Source of the DNA: Planctomycetota bacterium
GTDB lineage: Bacteria > Planctomycetota > UBA8108 > SXIK01
Assembly (NCBI GenBank): GCA_965223845.1
Contig: CBDCXR010000004.1
Span: 3,072,001 to 3,136,000, forward strand
DNA length: 64,000 bases
Direction: 5' to 3'
The notes beneath the pieces were generated by a model. It saw only the letters and a list, made by a program, of their open reading frames with translations. It ran no database searches and was not told the origin of the DNA. The position numbers and the translations under genes were made by a program. Shown one piece after another: positions 18,929-28,439 of this stretch. How positions within the stretch are numbered: the first letter of the stretch is position 1; the number at the start of each line of letters is the position of its first letter.

Positions 18929-19579
18929 ATGAACATCTCTCTCGATCAAATCCGCGAGAAGCTCACGAGCGCCCTCGTCTCCGACGCACTCGACGCACTC
19001 GGACTCTGCGAGCAGTCACCACGCCTCCCGTTTCGGCCGCTCACCGTCGACAGCGTGCTCGTCGGGCGAGCGAAGACGACTCTCTGGGTCGACTACGACC
19101 ACGAGGTCGATCACCCCTACGAGCTCGAGCTGCGTGCGGTCGACGACTGTGAGCCGGATTCCGTCTTTGTCGCAGCCGCGGGCAGCTCGCTCCGCTCCGC
19201 GGTCTGGGGCGAGCTCCTCTCGACCGCAGCTCGCAATCGCGGGTGCGTCGGGGCCGTAGTGGACGGTGCAGCGCGAGATCTCGTGCGGACCCAAGCGATG
19301 GACTTTCCCGTCTACGCGCTCACGACGAGCCCGTACGACAGCCGGTTTCGCCAGCGGGTGGTCGACATCGATGTCCCAGTGCAGATGGGCGGGACTCGCA
19401 TCGCCCCGGGTGATCTCGTCATCGCGGACCGCGACGGAGTGGTCGCAGTTCCGGCGGAAGCGGAGGCGGAGGCGATTCAGCGCGCGTGGGAGAAGGCGAA
19501 CACCGAGAACGAGATTCGCAGCGCGATCGGCGGCGGAATGCGGGCGAGCGAGGCGTACGAACGTTTCGGGACGCTCTGA
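18929..19579 (+). CDS. RraA family protein (HMG/CHA aldolase-like)
   Basis: SALVSDALD, GRAKT, AVWGELLSTAA, GAVVDGAARD and PGDLVIADRDGVVAVP motifs. Confidence 0.9.
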   Translation: MNISLDQIREKLTSALVSDALDALGLCEQSPRLPFRPLTVDSVLVGRAKTTLWVDYDHEVDHPYELELRAVDDCEPDSVFVAAAGSSLRSAVWGELLSTAARNRGCVGAVVDGAARDLVRTQAMDFPVYALTTSPYDSRFRQRVVDIDVPVQMGGTRIAPGDLVIADRDGVVAVPAEAEAEAIQRAWEKANTENEIRSAIGGGMRASEAYERFGTL

Positions 19580-19586
19580 CGCGACC

Positions 19587-21815
19587 TCACTCGCGCACGC
19601 CGAGCGCACCCGACCCTTCCGTCACCACCACCACCCGATCGAGCGGCACCGCCTCGAACTCCTGCACCGCGCCGCTCGTCGGCCAGTGCACTTCGAGTCG
19701 GACGATGCGATCACACTTCCCGAGTCCGATCGTCTGACGGAGCGGGTTCGCCCCGAAGCTGCCGCCGCTCGACACGCTTCGGTAGATGCTCCGCGTCGCG
19801 CCCGCGGTCTCGACATCGACCCGAATGCGCGCACCGATCGCGGACCGGTTCGACTTCGTCCCGACGCAGCGAACGGCGATCCAGTGGTGTCCGAAACCGG
19901 GATTCTCGAACAGGACGTCGCGAAATCGGTCGCCGATGTACGCGCCACCCATCTGCTCGAACACATCGACGTCGCCGTCGGAGTCGATATCGGCGAACGC
20001 GACGGCGTGTCCCTTTTGGAGGTGCCCGAATCCTCCCGCCATCGTCACGTCTTCGAACTTGCCGCCGCGCTGAACGAGCATCAGATTCGGCATCAGAGAA
20101 TCGTAGCTCGGATCACCGGTCCCAAGGTACATGTCGAGGTAGCCGTCGCCGTCCACGTCTCCGAAATTCGATCCCATCGGAAGCATCGGAAGCGTCAACC
20201 CGGTGCGATCGGCCACGTTCTCGAATCGACCCTTCCCGTCCCCGCGATAGAGGCATGCCCGCTCCCAGGTCGCCGGCATACCGAGTGCGTGCCGGGCGAC
20301 CGCCGCGCCCTTCCCCTCGTAGCTCGAGACGAAAAGATCGAGGTGTCCGTCGCTATCGTAATCCCAAAACCACACGGGAAAGCTCTTCAGCGGGCGAGTG
20401 ACACCGAGCGATGGCGCGACATCGGTAAACGTCCCGTCGCCGTTGTTCTGGTAGAGCCGATTTTCGGCGCCGTAGTTCGAGAGGTAGAGGTCGGGATCGC
20501 CGTCGCCGTCGAAGTCGCCCCACGTGACTCCCTTTGTGAAGCGATCGTTCGCGACGCCCGCTCGGCTGGTGACTTCGGCGAATGTGCCGTCGCCGCGGTT
20601 TTCGAATAACTGGCACGGCGCGCGAAGTCCCTGCGTAGTCTCGTTGCCGATATAGAGGTCGAGGTCCCCGTCTCCGTCGTAATCCGACCAGCCGGCCGTC
20701 TGCGTGGGAAAGTGGTGCTCACCGATTCCAGACGAGTAGGTCACGTCGGTGAAGCTGAACTCGCCGTTGTTTCGAAGGAGCGAGTTCGGGTGGCGTCCAA
20801 GCTTCCCGAGCCACGCGCCGCGAAGGACGAGAACGTCGAGATCCCCGTCTCCGTCGTAGTCAGCGGGCACGAGATTGAGGCCGCCGGTGATTCCGGAGAG
20901 GCCGGCACCCGCGGAGCGATCGGCGAAGCCGCCCTTCCCGTCGCCCGCGAAAATCCTGAGCTCGCCTCTCGGTTCCCACGTCGACGTCAGGAGATCGAGG
21001 CGACCATCGCCGTCGAAGTCGTCGATCACGACTCCGCCGGAGCAATTGAATCGGTCGATTCCCATCTTCGGTGCGATGTTCTCGAACCGGGGAAACTCCA
21101 CCCGACTTTGAAACGCCATCGGCGAAATCAAGTGCTCGCGCGGGACCTCGTTCGGATAAGCGTCGAGTGTCATGTACGCGATATTGAGGAGCCACCGCGA
21201 AGCGAGATGGAGGTCGTGCTCGGCGGGAAGGTTCCGCATCACCTCGGCGAAGTAACGGATCGCCTCCCGAGACCCCTCCGGTTTCGTGTGAATCCCCCCA
21301 CCACGGATCGGCACGATGCAGCTCTCCGGAGTAAAACGCGAGCAGCAGTTTTGCGTCTCGCCGATGCGCATGTATCCGACGCCGAGCTGAAAAATCGTCT
21401 CGTTCGCTCGTTCCGCGCCGATCTCGGCGGCGACTTCCGGGAGGAGCTCGTAGGCCTCCGTGAGTCGCTCGACGCCGCGCCGTTCGGCCCCCGCCCGGAG
21501 AAGCGCGACGCCGAGGAGTCGGCGAAGACGCCAACGAAGCTCGAGCGGCGAGCGGTCGTCCAAGGTCGCGAGCTGGCCTTCGAGCTGTCGAACGAGACCG
21601 TCACCCTGATAGCGGTTCTCGTTCTGTGCCGCCCGCGCGAGCACGTCGAGCTCCTGGACCATGCGCGCGTGCGCTGCGGGCTGCTCTCCGAGCGATCGCG
21701 GTACGGAGGCGCTCGGCGCGGGCGACGAAACCCCGGTGGGTGCAGACGAATCGGGTGGATCACACGCCCCGGCGAGAAGCGACACCGCGACGACGAGTAG
21801 ACCTCGATGACTCAC
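19587..21815 (-). CDS. CRTAC1-like FG-GAP repeat lipoprotein with C-terminal ASPIC/UnbV domain
   Basis: Lipobox LLAGAC; helical TPR-like N-part; repeated D(F/Y)DGDGDLD motifs; C-terminal GARIRV...GGSFGANPLRQTIGLG...LEVHWP. Confidence 0.88.
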   Translation of the reverse strand: MSHRGLLVVAVSLLAGACDPPDSSAPTGVSSPAPSASVPRSLGEQPAAHARMVQELDVLARAAQNENRYQGDGLVRQLEGQLATLDDRSPLELRWRLRRLLGVALLRAGAERRGVERLTEAYELLPEVAAEIGAERANETIFQLGVGYMRIGETQNCCSRFTPESCIVPIRGGGIHTKPEGSREAIRYFAEVMRNLPAEHDLHLASRWLLNIAYMTLDAYPNEVPREHLISPMAFQSRVEFPRFENIAPKMGIDRFNCSGGVVIDDFDGDGRLDLLTSTWEPRGELRIFAGDGKGGFADRSAGAGLSGITGGLNLVPADYDGDGDLDVLVLRGAWLGKLGRHPNSLLRNNGEFSFTDVTYSSGIGEHHFPTQTAGWSDYDGDGDLDLYIGNETTQGLRAPCQLFENRGDGTFAEVTSRAGVANDRFTKGVTWGDFDGDGDPDLYLSNYGAENRLYQNNGDGTFTDVAPSLGVTRPLKSFPVWFWDYDSDGHLDLFVSSYEGKGAAVARHALGMPATWERACLYRGDGKGRFENVADRTGLTLPMLPMGSNFGDVDGDGYLDMYLGTGDPSYDSLMPNLMLVQRGGKFEDVTMAGGFGHLQKGHAVAFADIDSDGDVDVFEQMGGAYIGDRFRDVLFENPGFGHHWIAVRCVGTKSNRSAIGARIRVDVETAGATRSIYRSVSSGGSFGANPLRQTIGLGKCDRIVRLEVHWPTSGAVQEFEAVPLDRVVVVTEGSGALGVRE

Positions 21816-21831
21816 CGCTCGAAAACCTTCC

Positions 21832-22935
21832 TCAATCCCAATCGATGATTACTTTCAGGCTGTCCGGATCCGAAGCCCGCTCGATCGCCGCGAGAATCTC
21901 CGTCGGCCGGAAGCGCTCGTTGTCGCGAGTCATGCGATCGATGTTCGGAAGTCGTCCTTCGACGAGAAACTCATGCGCGAGGCGAATCCCGTGGAGACTC
22001 GATCCGTGAGTCGCCTGGTAGCACTGCAGCCGGTAGTGCACGTCGCCGTTCAGATCCAGCTCGTGCGCGAGCCGGGGCTTTCCGTCCGGACCCTTCACCC
22101 CGGCGTGGGCATCGAGCACGGTCCCGTATCCCATGAGCTTTGGCGCGAGGTCGTACGCGGCCTTCGCCGGCGCGTTGATCATGACGAAGTGCGGCTCGTT
22201 GAACGGCCGACACTCGGCGAGTACGGCGTCCACGACGTCTTCGTCCCACGGTACGCCCACCACGCGTTCGTCGCCGAAATCGCGGAGCACTCGCTCGAGA
22301 CGCTCGCGCCCCCGATTGACGAGTACGATCTTCCGCGCGCCCATCGCCTGCGCGCACTGGAGCGCGTAGGTGCTCTGCGAGCCGGCGCCGATGAGAACGA
22401 CGATGCGGTTCTCGATGCAGTTATTGACGCGAGTCATTCCCTCGAGGCAGCAGGCGAGCGGCTCCAGCTGACAGGCGTGGTCGGGATTGAACCCCGGATC
22501 GAATCGGACGACCGGACCTAGACGCACAAACCATTCCGGCAAGACCGCATGGGTTCGCGCGAATCCAGGAAACTCGTGGCCAGTCGCCTGAGTGTTCGGG
22601 CAGCTCGTCCAGTCTCCGGTGCCGTTCTCGCCACAGTAGATGCACCCGAGATCACCGCAGGGAATGTCACAGCCGAGTCCGACGAGGTCGCCCGGTGCGA
22701 ATCCATCCACACCGTCCCCAACTGCATCGACGACGGAACAGACTTCGTGAAGGAGAAGCGCCGGCCACTCCTTGATTCGCGGAAGTCCATGGCGATAGAT
22801 CACAACATCGGACTGACAAACGGAAGTCCGCGCCGTGCGGAGCCGGATCTCACCGGGTCCGGGCTCGGGGACCTCGTCGTCGCGCGCGTTGAACGCGCCC
22901 CCGGGGCGGTCGAGTTCGTAGGAACGGTTCATCAT
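21832..22935 (-). CDS. zinc-dependent alcohol dehydrogenase-like (MDR) oxidoreductase
   Basis: VCQSD, LHE, GDLV, Cys cluster CGDLGCIYC...C, EPLACC and IGAG motifs. Start placed at ATG 22935 (or 22932); the longer ORF N-terminus looks non-coding. Confidence 0.8.
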   Translation of the reverse strand: MMNRSYELDRPGGAFNARDDEVPEPGPGEIRLRTARTSVCQSDVVIYRHGLPRIKEWPALLLHEVCSVVDAVGDGVDGFAPGDLVGLGCDIPCGDLGCIYCGENGTGDWTSCPNTQATGHEFPGFARTHAVLPEWFVRLGPVVRFDPGFNPDHACQLEPLACCLEGMTRVNNCIENRIVVLIGAGSQSTYALQCAQAMGARKIVLVNRGRERLERVLRDFGDERVVGVPWDEDVVDAVLAECRPFNEPHFVMINAPAKAAYDLAPKLMGYGTVLDAHAGVKGPDGKPRLAHELDLNGDVHYRLQCYQATHGSSLHGIRLAHEFLVEGRLPNIDRMTRDNERFRPTEILAAIERASDPDSLKVIIDWD

Positions 22936-23362
22936 GAGTCTGGTTCGGTTCGTTGGAGGCGCCGTAACAGGAGGCCTGTCCGTGCGACCGGCCTGGTCGC
23001 AAATCGAGTGATAGGATCGGAGAACGAAGCGGCTTACTCTAACCGCGGGTTCGCACCCGATTCTACCGCCGGATTCGCACGCAGCAGACTCGGAGCGCAC
23101 CCGCGGCGATCACCGGGACACACCGGCCGAGCGCGATCCCGCCGGCGTCCGCCTCGCGACTGGCGCCGAAGGAGCGGGCGAGTTTTTTCCGTAAATCCTT
23201 CGGAAATACGTGTCGCTCCCGGCGTCCGCGGGAACTTTGCGGATGAGGCCGACGGAACCAGCCGTCGGACGAGCTTGTCGGTTCGAGGATTCCGTTCGGC
23301 ACCGAGGCGACTGGCGCCCGGTGCGGCGGAAACGATCTTCAGGTGAGCGGACACAAGGTTTC

Positions 23363-26300
23363 ATGGTGCACGACCCCGAAGAGCTCTTGACGCACCGAGC
23401 GTGGCTTCAAGCGATCGCGCGCAGCCTTCTCGGCGACGCATCGCAAGCCGACGACGTCGTCCAGGAGACTTGGGTCGCGGCGCTCAAGCGACCGCCCCGA
23501 AACGAGGGTGACGGACGTGCTTGGCTTCGCCGCGTCGCGCACAACCTCGCTTACCGAACGCATCGCGGCGATCGTCGTCGCGGCAAGCGGGAGAGAGCGG
23601 CCGCACGACCCGAGCGCGTCGGGGCAACGCCGGAGTCGCTGCTCGAGCGTGCGGAGATGCAGCGGCTCGTCGCAGAAGCGGTCACCGAGTTGTCGGAGCC
23701 GTATCGCACAACCGTTCTCCACCGCTACTTCGAGGGGATCTCGGCGGCGGAGATCGCCGCCCGACAGGGAGTCGCGGTCACGACCGTGCGCACGCGACTC
23801 CGCTCCGCCCTCGAGACGCTCCGGCGCAAGCTCGACCACTCGTTCGACGGAGATCGCCGCCGCTGGTGCGCGATCCTCGCTCCGATCGCTCTCGGTGACG
23901 GCGCCGCCGTCGCCGCGACGACGGCGATCGCCACGAAGACCGCGGCGACGACCGGTACGGCCTCCTTTGGAACAAGTTCAGTCTTCCTCGGAGGTTCTCT
24001 CGTGACGGCAAAAAAGGTCGCGATCACGTGTCTCTCGTCGTTCCTGATCCTCGCGGGAGGCGCGTTGCTCGTCTACTGGACGAGCAATCCGGGAGGGGAA
24101 ACGCGAACCGAGCCCGTGGTCGACTCGAGCTCGTCTCCGGATTCCGCCGCGGACGCGCCGGAGAGAGCGGCTTCCGTCGAGTCGGACGCAGTCGCGAGTA
24201 CGCCTCCGTCGCGCGACGAACTCTCCGAAGTAGCGACCCTCTCTCCGCCGGCCCTCGGCGGGACGATCCGCGCGCGCGACGGTCAGCCGATTCCGGGCGC
24301 GACGGTGATCGCGTTTCGGCTTGGCGCACTCGATCCGCCGATCGATCGCGCCGCGGCGGAGCTCCAACAGCGGGATGCGGATCTCGCCGAGACTCTACGC
24401 AAGACTCGCAGAGAGTGCGGGGGTCTCGCGAAGACCTTCGCTCGAGCTCGCTCCGGTGAAACCGGCGACTACGCGATCCCACTGCTCGAGCCGGGCGAGT
24501 ACCGCATCGTCGTCGCCCACTCGAATCATCTACCCGAGCTCGACGCGCACGCTGCGATCGCCGCGGACCGGCCGGCGCGCTGCGATGTCGAGCTCCTCGA
24601 AGGCCTCGAGATTCGCGGCCGCGTCGTGGACGAGTCGAGCGCGCCGCTACCGGGCGCAGAGATCTCGGTTCGACCGTCGTCCGAGCGCACGCTCCGAGGG
24701 AACGCGCGGAAGGACCGTCTTCTCGAAGAGTGGCGCGACGGGCGATTCCTCGTCGAGTCGCGATCCTCCCTCGCCGGGGCCGACGGGACGTTTCGCGTCG
24801 GCTCGCTTGCTTCCGAGCGCTACGATCTCACGGTTCGTCTCGCTGGCCGCGCACCCGTGCGCCGGCTCGACATCCCGGCGGGGCGGGAGGCGTTGGAGAT
24901 CGTCCTTCCCCTCGGGGCGGTCGTGCGCGGTCGGGTGGTCCACGGCAACGAAATGCCAATTGCCGGTGTCGATGTCCGGCTCGAGTTCGTCGGCGACGAG
25001 AAAGCTCCGTCTCCCGTGATCGGCGCCGCGTCGTTCCGGCGCGTCGTAGCGGCCGACTTCGATCCGACCGAAGAGGCCGTCCGCGCATCGGCGACGGACG
25101 AGGAGGGTCGCTTTGAGTTCGCCGGTGTTCGGAGCGGGCCGTACGTCGTTCGCGCCGAGCTCTCGGGGTACGCGCCCCGCGAGAAGAAGCTAGACGTTGG
25201 CGATGATCCGGTCGACGCCGGCGACCTCATTCTCGGCGACGGAGGCTCCATTCGAGGTCGACTCGTCGACTCGGAGGGGATGCCGATCGCGGCGGCGCTC
25301 GTCTGGATCGAGGCGCCGCAAGAAACCGGCATCACTCACTGGGGACAAGCGGCGCGGATCGCTCCGCGACTCGTCGAAGCCGAGACCGAGTTCGATGGCA
25401 CCTTCAAGCTGGGAGGACTCGCAGAGGGATTCTACGCCGTTCGGGCGGCGAGCGAAGCGCACGCGAGCGTGCGCCTCAGCGGAGTCGCGGCCGGACGTAG
25501 CGACGTCGAGATCACGCTCCCCAAGGGAGAATCCGTCACCGGAGTCGTACTCAACGGAATCGACGACTCTCCGCTCGAGGGCGCGGAGATCGCCCTTGCG
25601 GAGAGCAGTGCCCACACGCCGATTCCGGAGAAAACCGTGCACTCGGCGGCGGACGGCCGCTTCGAATTGCGCGGCGTCGAGTTTCGCCGGGGGCTCGTCC
25701 TTCTCGTTTCGCACGTCGACTTTCGTGGACGCCCGCTACGCGTCTCGATGGAAGACGACACACGCGATGTCGAGGTGCGCCTCCAGCCGTCGATCCTCGT
25801 CGCAGGGATCGTTCTCGACGCCGAACGGAAACCGGTCCGCAGCGCGCGGGTCGCGCTCGAGGGTCAGTACAGAGACTCGGCGCCGGTTCGATCCGAAGCC
25901 GACGGCTCGTTCTCGCTCGAAATCTCTTCGATGTTTCGGGAGCAATCAGGGTTGCAGTACGTGGTCGCGTCCGACGGTCGACGAGGAATCGGACGCGTCG
26001 AACTTCCCCGCGATTCGGGGCGCCACGTCGACGTGGACGAGCTCGAGATCGTGCTCGAGCCGACGACGACCGTCGAAGGAGACGTTCGTAGCGCGGACGG
26101 AAACCCAGTCGCCGGCGCGATCGTCACGCTCCAGCGTCGGACGAACGCCGGTGACGCCCGCGGACCGCTGCGCCGTTCGCACTCGACGCGCGACGGCAGC
26201 TTTCGGATTCTCGGACTCGAGCCCGGCGTGTACGCCGCGCACGTCGTCGCGCTCGGATACGCCGAAACCACGGCGGACATCGATGTCCGATCGAGCCGCC

Positions 26301-27511
26301 ACACCGAGACGTTCGTTCTCGATCGCGGGATCGACCTCGAGGGTGAAGTCGTCGACACCGCGGGAGATCCCGTGGCGGGCGCAGACGTCTTCCTACTCGC
26401 GACCATCGAAGGTGACCGCCTCGACGAGGGCAGCATTCACGAGGGCCGGAAGGCGCAGGGGGAAACTCGATTCACGACGCGCACGGACGAGAACGGAATC
26501 TACGTGTTTCGTAACCTGCCTGAAACGGAGTGGACGGTCTACGCGCACTCATCCGGATTCGACGCTAGCGACCTCGCCGTCGTCCCGCCGGGCGAGGAAC
26601 CACCCGAGCTCGTCCTCGCGCGTTTCGGCCGTGTCTTCGGCCGCGTCGTGTCGGACGCAACCGGAGAGCCCCTGCCGTCGTTTCGAGTCCATCTCAATCT
26701 CGCCAAGAACCGGCGTGGTATCGGGGGAAGCGGCATGCTCTTGCCGAGGCAATACGCGACGCGCGACGGCAGCTTTCTCGTCGAAGGCGTTGCGCCCGGC
26801 GAGTATTTCATCGTCGTCGAAGCGCCCGGCCATTCGTACTGGGGGAGGGAGTTCACGGTCCCCCACGGAGGCGACGCGAAAATCGATGCTCGGCTCGATC
26901 CGGGACGAATCCTCCGCGGCGTGGTCCTCGACCGAAAGTCGAACGCTCCCGTGCCCGGAGTGCGTGTTTTCGCCTCGAATCGCGCAGGAAAAGCATGGTC
27001 TCGACGCGTCATGCCCGAGGAGCTAAACGACACGACGAACGAGGAAGGCGAGTTCGCGATTCGCTCGGTTCAGCCGGGAAGATACTCACTCTGGATCCAT
27101 CACCCGACGTACTTCGCCGAGCAAAAACGGATGAAGGCCGAGATTCCGGCGGACGGCGAAGCGTCGCCGCTCGAGATCGGAGTCCTTCCGAGTGGAACGG
27201 TCACGGGGACGATTCGCCTTCTCACGAAACGAAACAGCTTCAATCGATCCGTGAGACTCACGCGGCCCGGCGAAACGGACGCCGCGCACTGGAGCCGCAT
27301 CGACGAAAGCGGGAAGTACCGCATCCGGAGCGTAGTCCCCGGGACCTACGAAATTTCCTTCCGCGAGGAATCGCTCGTCCCGGAGAAGGTCGGCGCCCCG
27401 GCCGGGACCCCCATCGACTTCGAGACGGACATCATTCGGACGAGCGTGTCGCTCGGCGAAGTCGAGGTCGAAGCCGGCGCGACGGCGAGATTCGATCAGA
27501 CGGTGGAGTAG
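23363..27511 (+). CDS. membrane-anchored ECF sigma factor fused to ~11 carboxypeptidase-regulatory-like (prealbumin-fold) repeats
   Basis: Sigma2 ADDVVQETW...WLRRVAHN; sigma4 LSEPYR...EIAARQGV..TTVRTRL; Ala/Thr-rich linker; TM VAITCLSSFLILAGGALLVYW; repeats GxVxDxxGxP(I/V)xGAxV...G.F. Confidence 0.88.
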   Translation: MVHDPEELLTHRAWLQAIARSLLGDASQADDVVQETWVAALKRPPRNEGDGRAWLRRVAHNLAYRTHRGDRRRGKRERAAARPERVGATPESLLERAEMQRLVAEAVTELSEPYRTTVLHRYFEGISAAEIAARQGVAVTTVRTRLRSALETLRRKLDHSFDGDRRRWCAILAPIALGDGAAVAATTAIATKTAATTGTASFGTSSVFLGGSLVTAKKVAITCLSSFLILAGGALLVYWTSNPGGETRTEPVVDSSSSPDSAADAPERAASVESDAVASTPPSRDELSEVATLSPPALGGTIRARDGQPIPGATVIAFRLGALDPPIDRAAAELQQRDADLAETLRKTRRECGGLAKTFARARSGETGDYAIPLLEPGEYRIVVAHSNHLPELDAHAAIAADRPARCDVELLEGLEIRGRVVDESSAPLPGAEISVRPSSERTLRGNARKDRLLEEWRDGRFLVESRSSLAGADGTFRVGSLASERYDLTVRLAGRAPVRRLDIPAGREALEIVLPLGAVVRGRVVHGNEMPIAGVDVRLEFVGDEKAPSPVIGAASFRRVVAADFDPTEEAVRASATDEEGRFEFAGVRSGPYVVRAELSGYAPREKKLDVGDDPVDAGDLILGDGGSIRGRLVDSEGMPIAAALVWIEAPQETGITHWGQAARIAPRLVEAETEFDGTFKLGGLAEGFYAVRAASEAHASVRLSGVAAGRSDVEITLPKGESVTGVVLNGIDDSPLEGAEIALAESSAHTPIPEKTVHSAADGRFELRGVEFRRGLVLLVSHVDFRGRPLRVSMEDDTRDVEVRLQPSILVAGIVLDAERKPVRSARVALEGQYRDSAPVRSEADGSFSLEISSMFREQSGLQYVVASDGRRGIGRVELPRDSGRHVDVDELEIVLEPTTTVEGDVRSADGNPVAGAIVTLQRRTNAGDARGPLRRSHSTRDGSFRILGLEPGVYAAHVVALGYAETTADIDVRSSRHTETFVLDRGIDLEGEVVDTAGDPVAGADVFLLATIEGDRLDEGSIHEGRKAQGETRFTTRTDENGIYVFRNLPETEWTVYAHSSGFDASDLAVVPPGEEPPELVLARFGRVFGRVVSDATGEPLPSFRVHLNLAKNRRGIGGSGMLLPRQYATRDGSFLVEGVAPGEYFIVVEAPGHSYWGREFTVPHGGDAKIDARLDPGRILRGVVLDRKSNAPVPGVRVFASNRAGKAWSRRVMPEELNDTTNEEGEFAIRSVQPGRYSLWIHHPTYFAEQKRMKAEIPADGEASPLEIGVLPSGTVTGTIRLLTKRNSFNRSVRLTRPGETDAAHWSRIDESGKYRIRSVVPGTYEISFREESLVPEKVGAPAGTPIDFETDIIRTSVSLGEVEVEAGATARFDQTVE
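23990..24004 (+). promoter_or_regulatory. candidate internal ribosome-binding site + in-frame GTG inside the ECF fusion gene
   Basis: GGAGGT (23990-23995), 6-nt spacer TCTCTC, GTG (24002-24004), in frame (codon 214), followed by A-rich ACG GCA AAA AAG and the TM segment. Confidence 0.5.
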
Positions 27512-27709
27512 CTGTTCCCGAGCCCGAGACCGCCTAGCGGTTCGAATCGACCGCGGCTCGGAGCCCTCCGATCGATCGCCTCGATCTCGACCCTGAACGA
27601 GGGCAACGCGGGCTATCCTCCTTTTTTTGCGGCAGTGCCGCGACCATTCAGAGAGAATCAGCCGCCCACCGAACCTGGCTTCACCCGCACGCTCGTCCAC
27701 GCCACACCC

Positions 27710-28387
27710 GTGCCCCGCCCCTGGACCCTGATCGAATCCGTAGAGACCGACGCGGGGAAGCTCGAGCTTCTCCGACTCGACGACGAGTGGATGATTACGA
27801 TCGATCGCCGCGCGCTCATGTCGAGTCGCTATCACCGCTCGGAAATCGCGCTCGCGGAGCTCGCCTGCGCTCCGCTCGCGAAGCTCGAGGCGCCTCGCGT
27901 GCTTCTCGCCGGTCTCGGTATGGGATACACGCTCCGCGCGGCGATCGATGTCTTACCCCCGAAGGCGACCGTCGTAGCCGCCGAGATCAACGCGACCGTC
28001 GCTCGCTGGAATCGCGGTCCGATCGCGCACCTCTCGGAAAACGCACTCGACGATCCGCGAGTGACGCTCGAGATCGCGGACGTCAGCGTACTCATCGAAA
28101 CCGCGGCAGCCGGTGACGGAGACGGCCGCTTCGAAGCGATCGTCCTCGACCTCTACGAGGGACCGTATCCGTTGGCCGCGGGAAAACCGGACCCGCTTTT
28201 CGGACGAGGAGCGCTCGGCCGAGTGCGCAAGGCGCTTCGCCCGAACGGGTGTTTCGCGGTCTGGTCGGAAGGTCCGGTCGAAGAATTCGAGCGGCGTCTA
28301 CGCGAGTGCGGCTTTCGGTTCGAGCGGAATCGTCCGAAACACAAGGGGCCTCGTCACGTCGTGTATCTCGGCTGGCCCACTCAATAG
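27710..28387 (+). CDS. spermidine synthase-like SAM-dependent methyltransferase
   Basis: LMSSR..RSE, VLLAGLGMGYT, AEIN, LDLYEGP and VWS motifs. Start GTG 27710 (MPRPW) preferred; exact start uncertain. Confidence 0.82.
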   Translation: MPRPWTLIESVETDAGKLELLRLDDEWMITIDRRALMSSRYHRSEIALAELACAPLAKLEAPRVLLAGLGMGYTLRAAIDVLPPKATVVAAEINATVARWNRGPIAHLSENALDDPRVTLEIADVSVLIETAAAGDGDGRFEAIVLDLYEGPYPLAAGKPDPLFGRGALGRVRKALRPNGCFAVWSEGPVEEFERRLRECGFRFERNRPKHKGPRHVVYLGWPTQ

Positions 28388-28439
28388 CGCGATCGGAAGC
28401 TCGAGTTGGGCCCGCCATGCCTGAGCGAGCCTTCACCGC

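Noticed and set aside
23231-23282. GGAACTT / GGAACC motifs upstream of ECF gene 1 as an autoregulated ECF promoter
   Set aside because: No convincing -10 element at 16-17 nt spacing; cannot be supported without TSS data.
25197-27026. 609-aa alternative-frame ORF inside the ECF fusion gene
   Set aside because: Ser/Arg-rich low-information translation caused by codon bias in the real frame.
27539-27548. GGTTCGAATC resembling a tRNA T-loop
   Set aside because: No acceptor stem, D-arm or anticodon arm around it; it is only part of a local hairpin after a stop codon.
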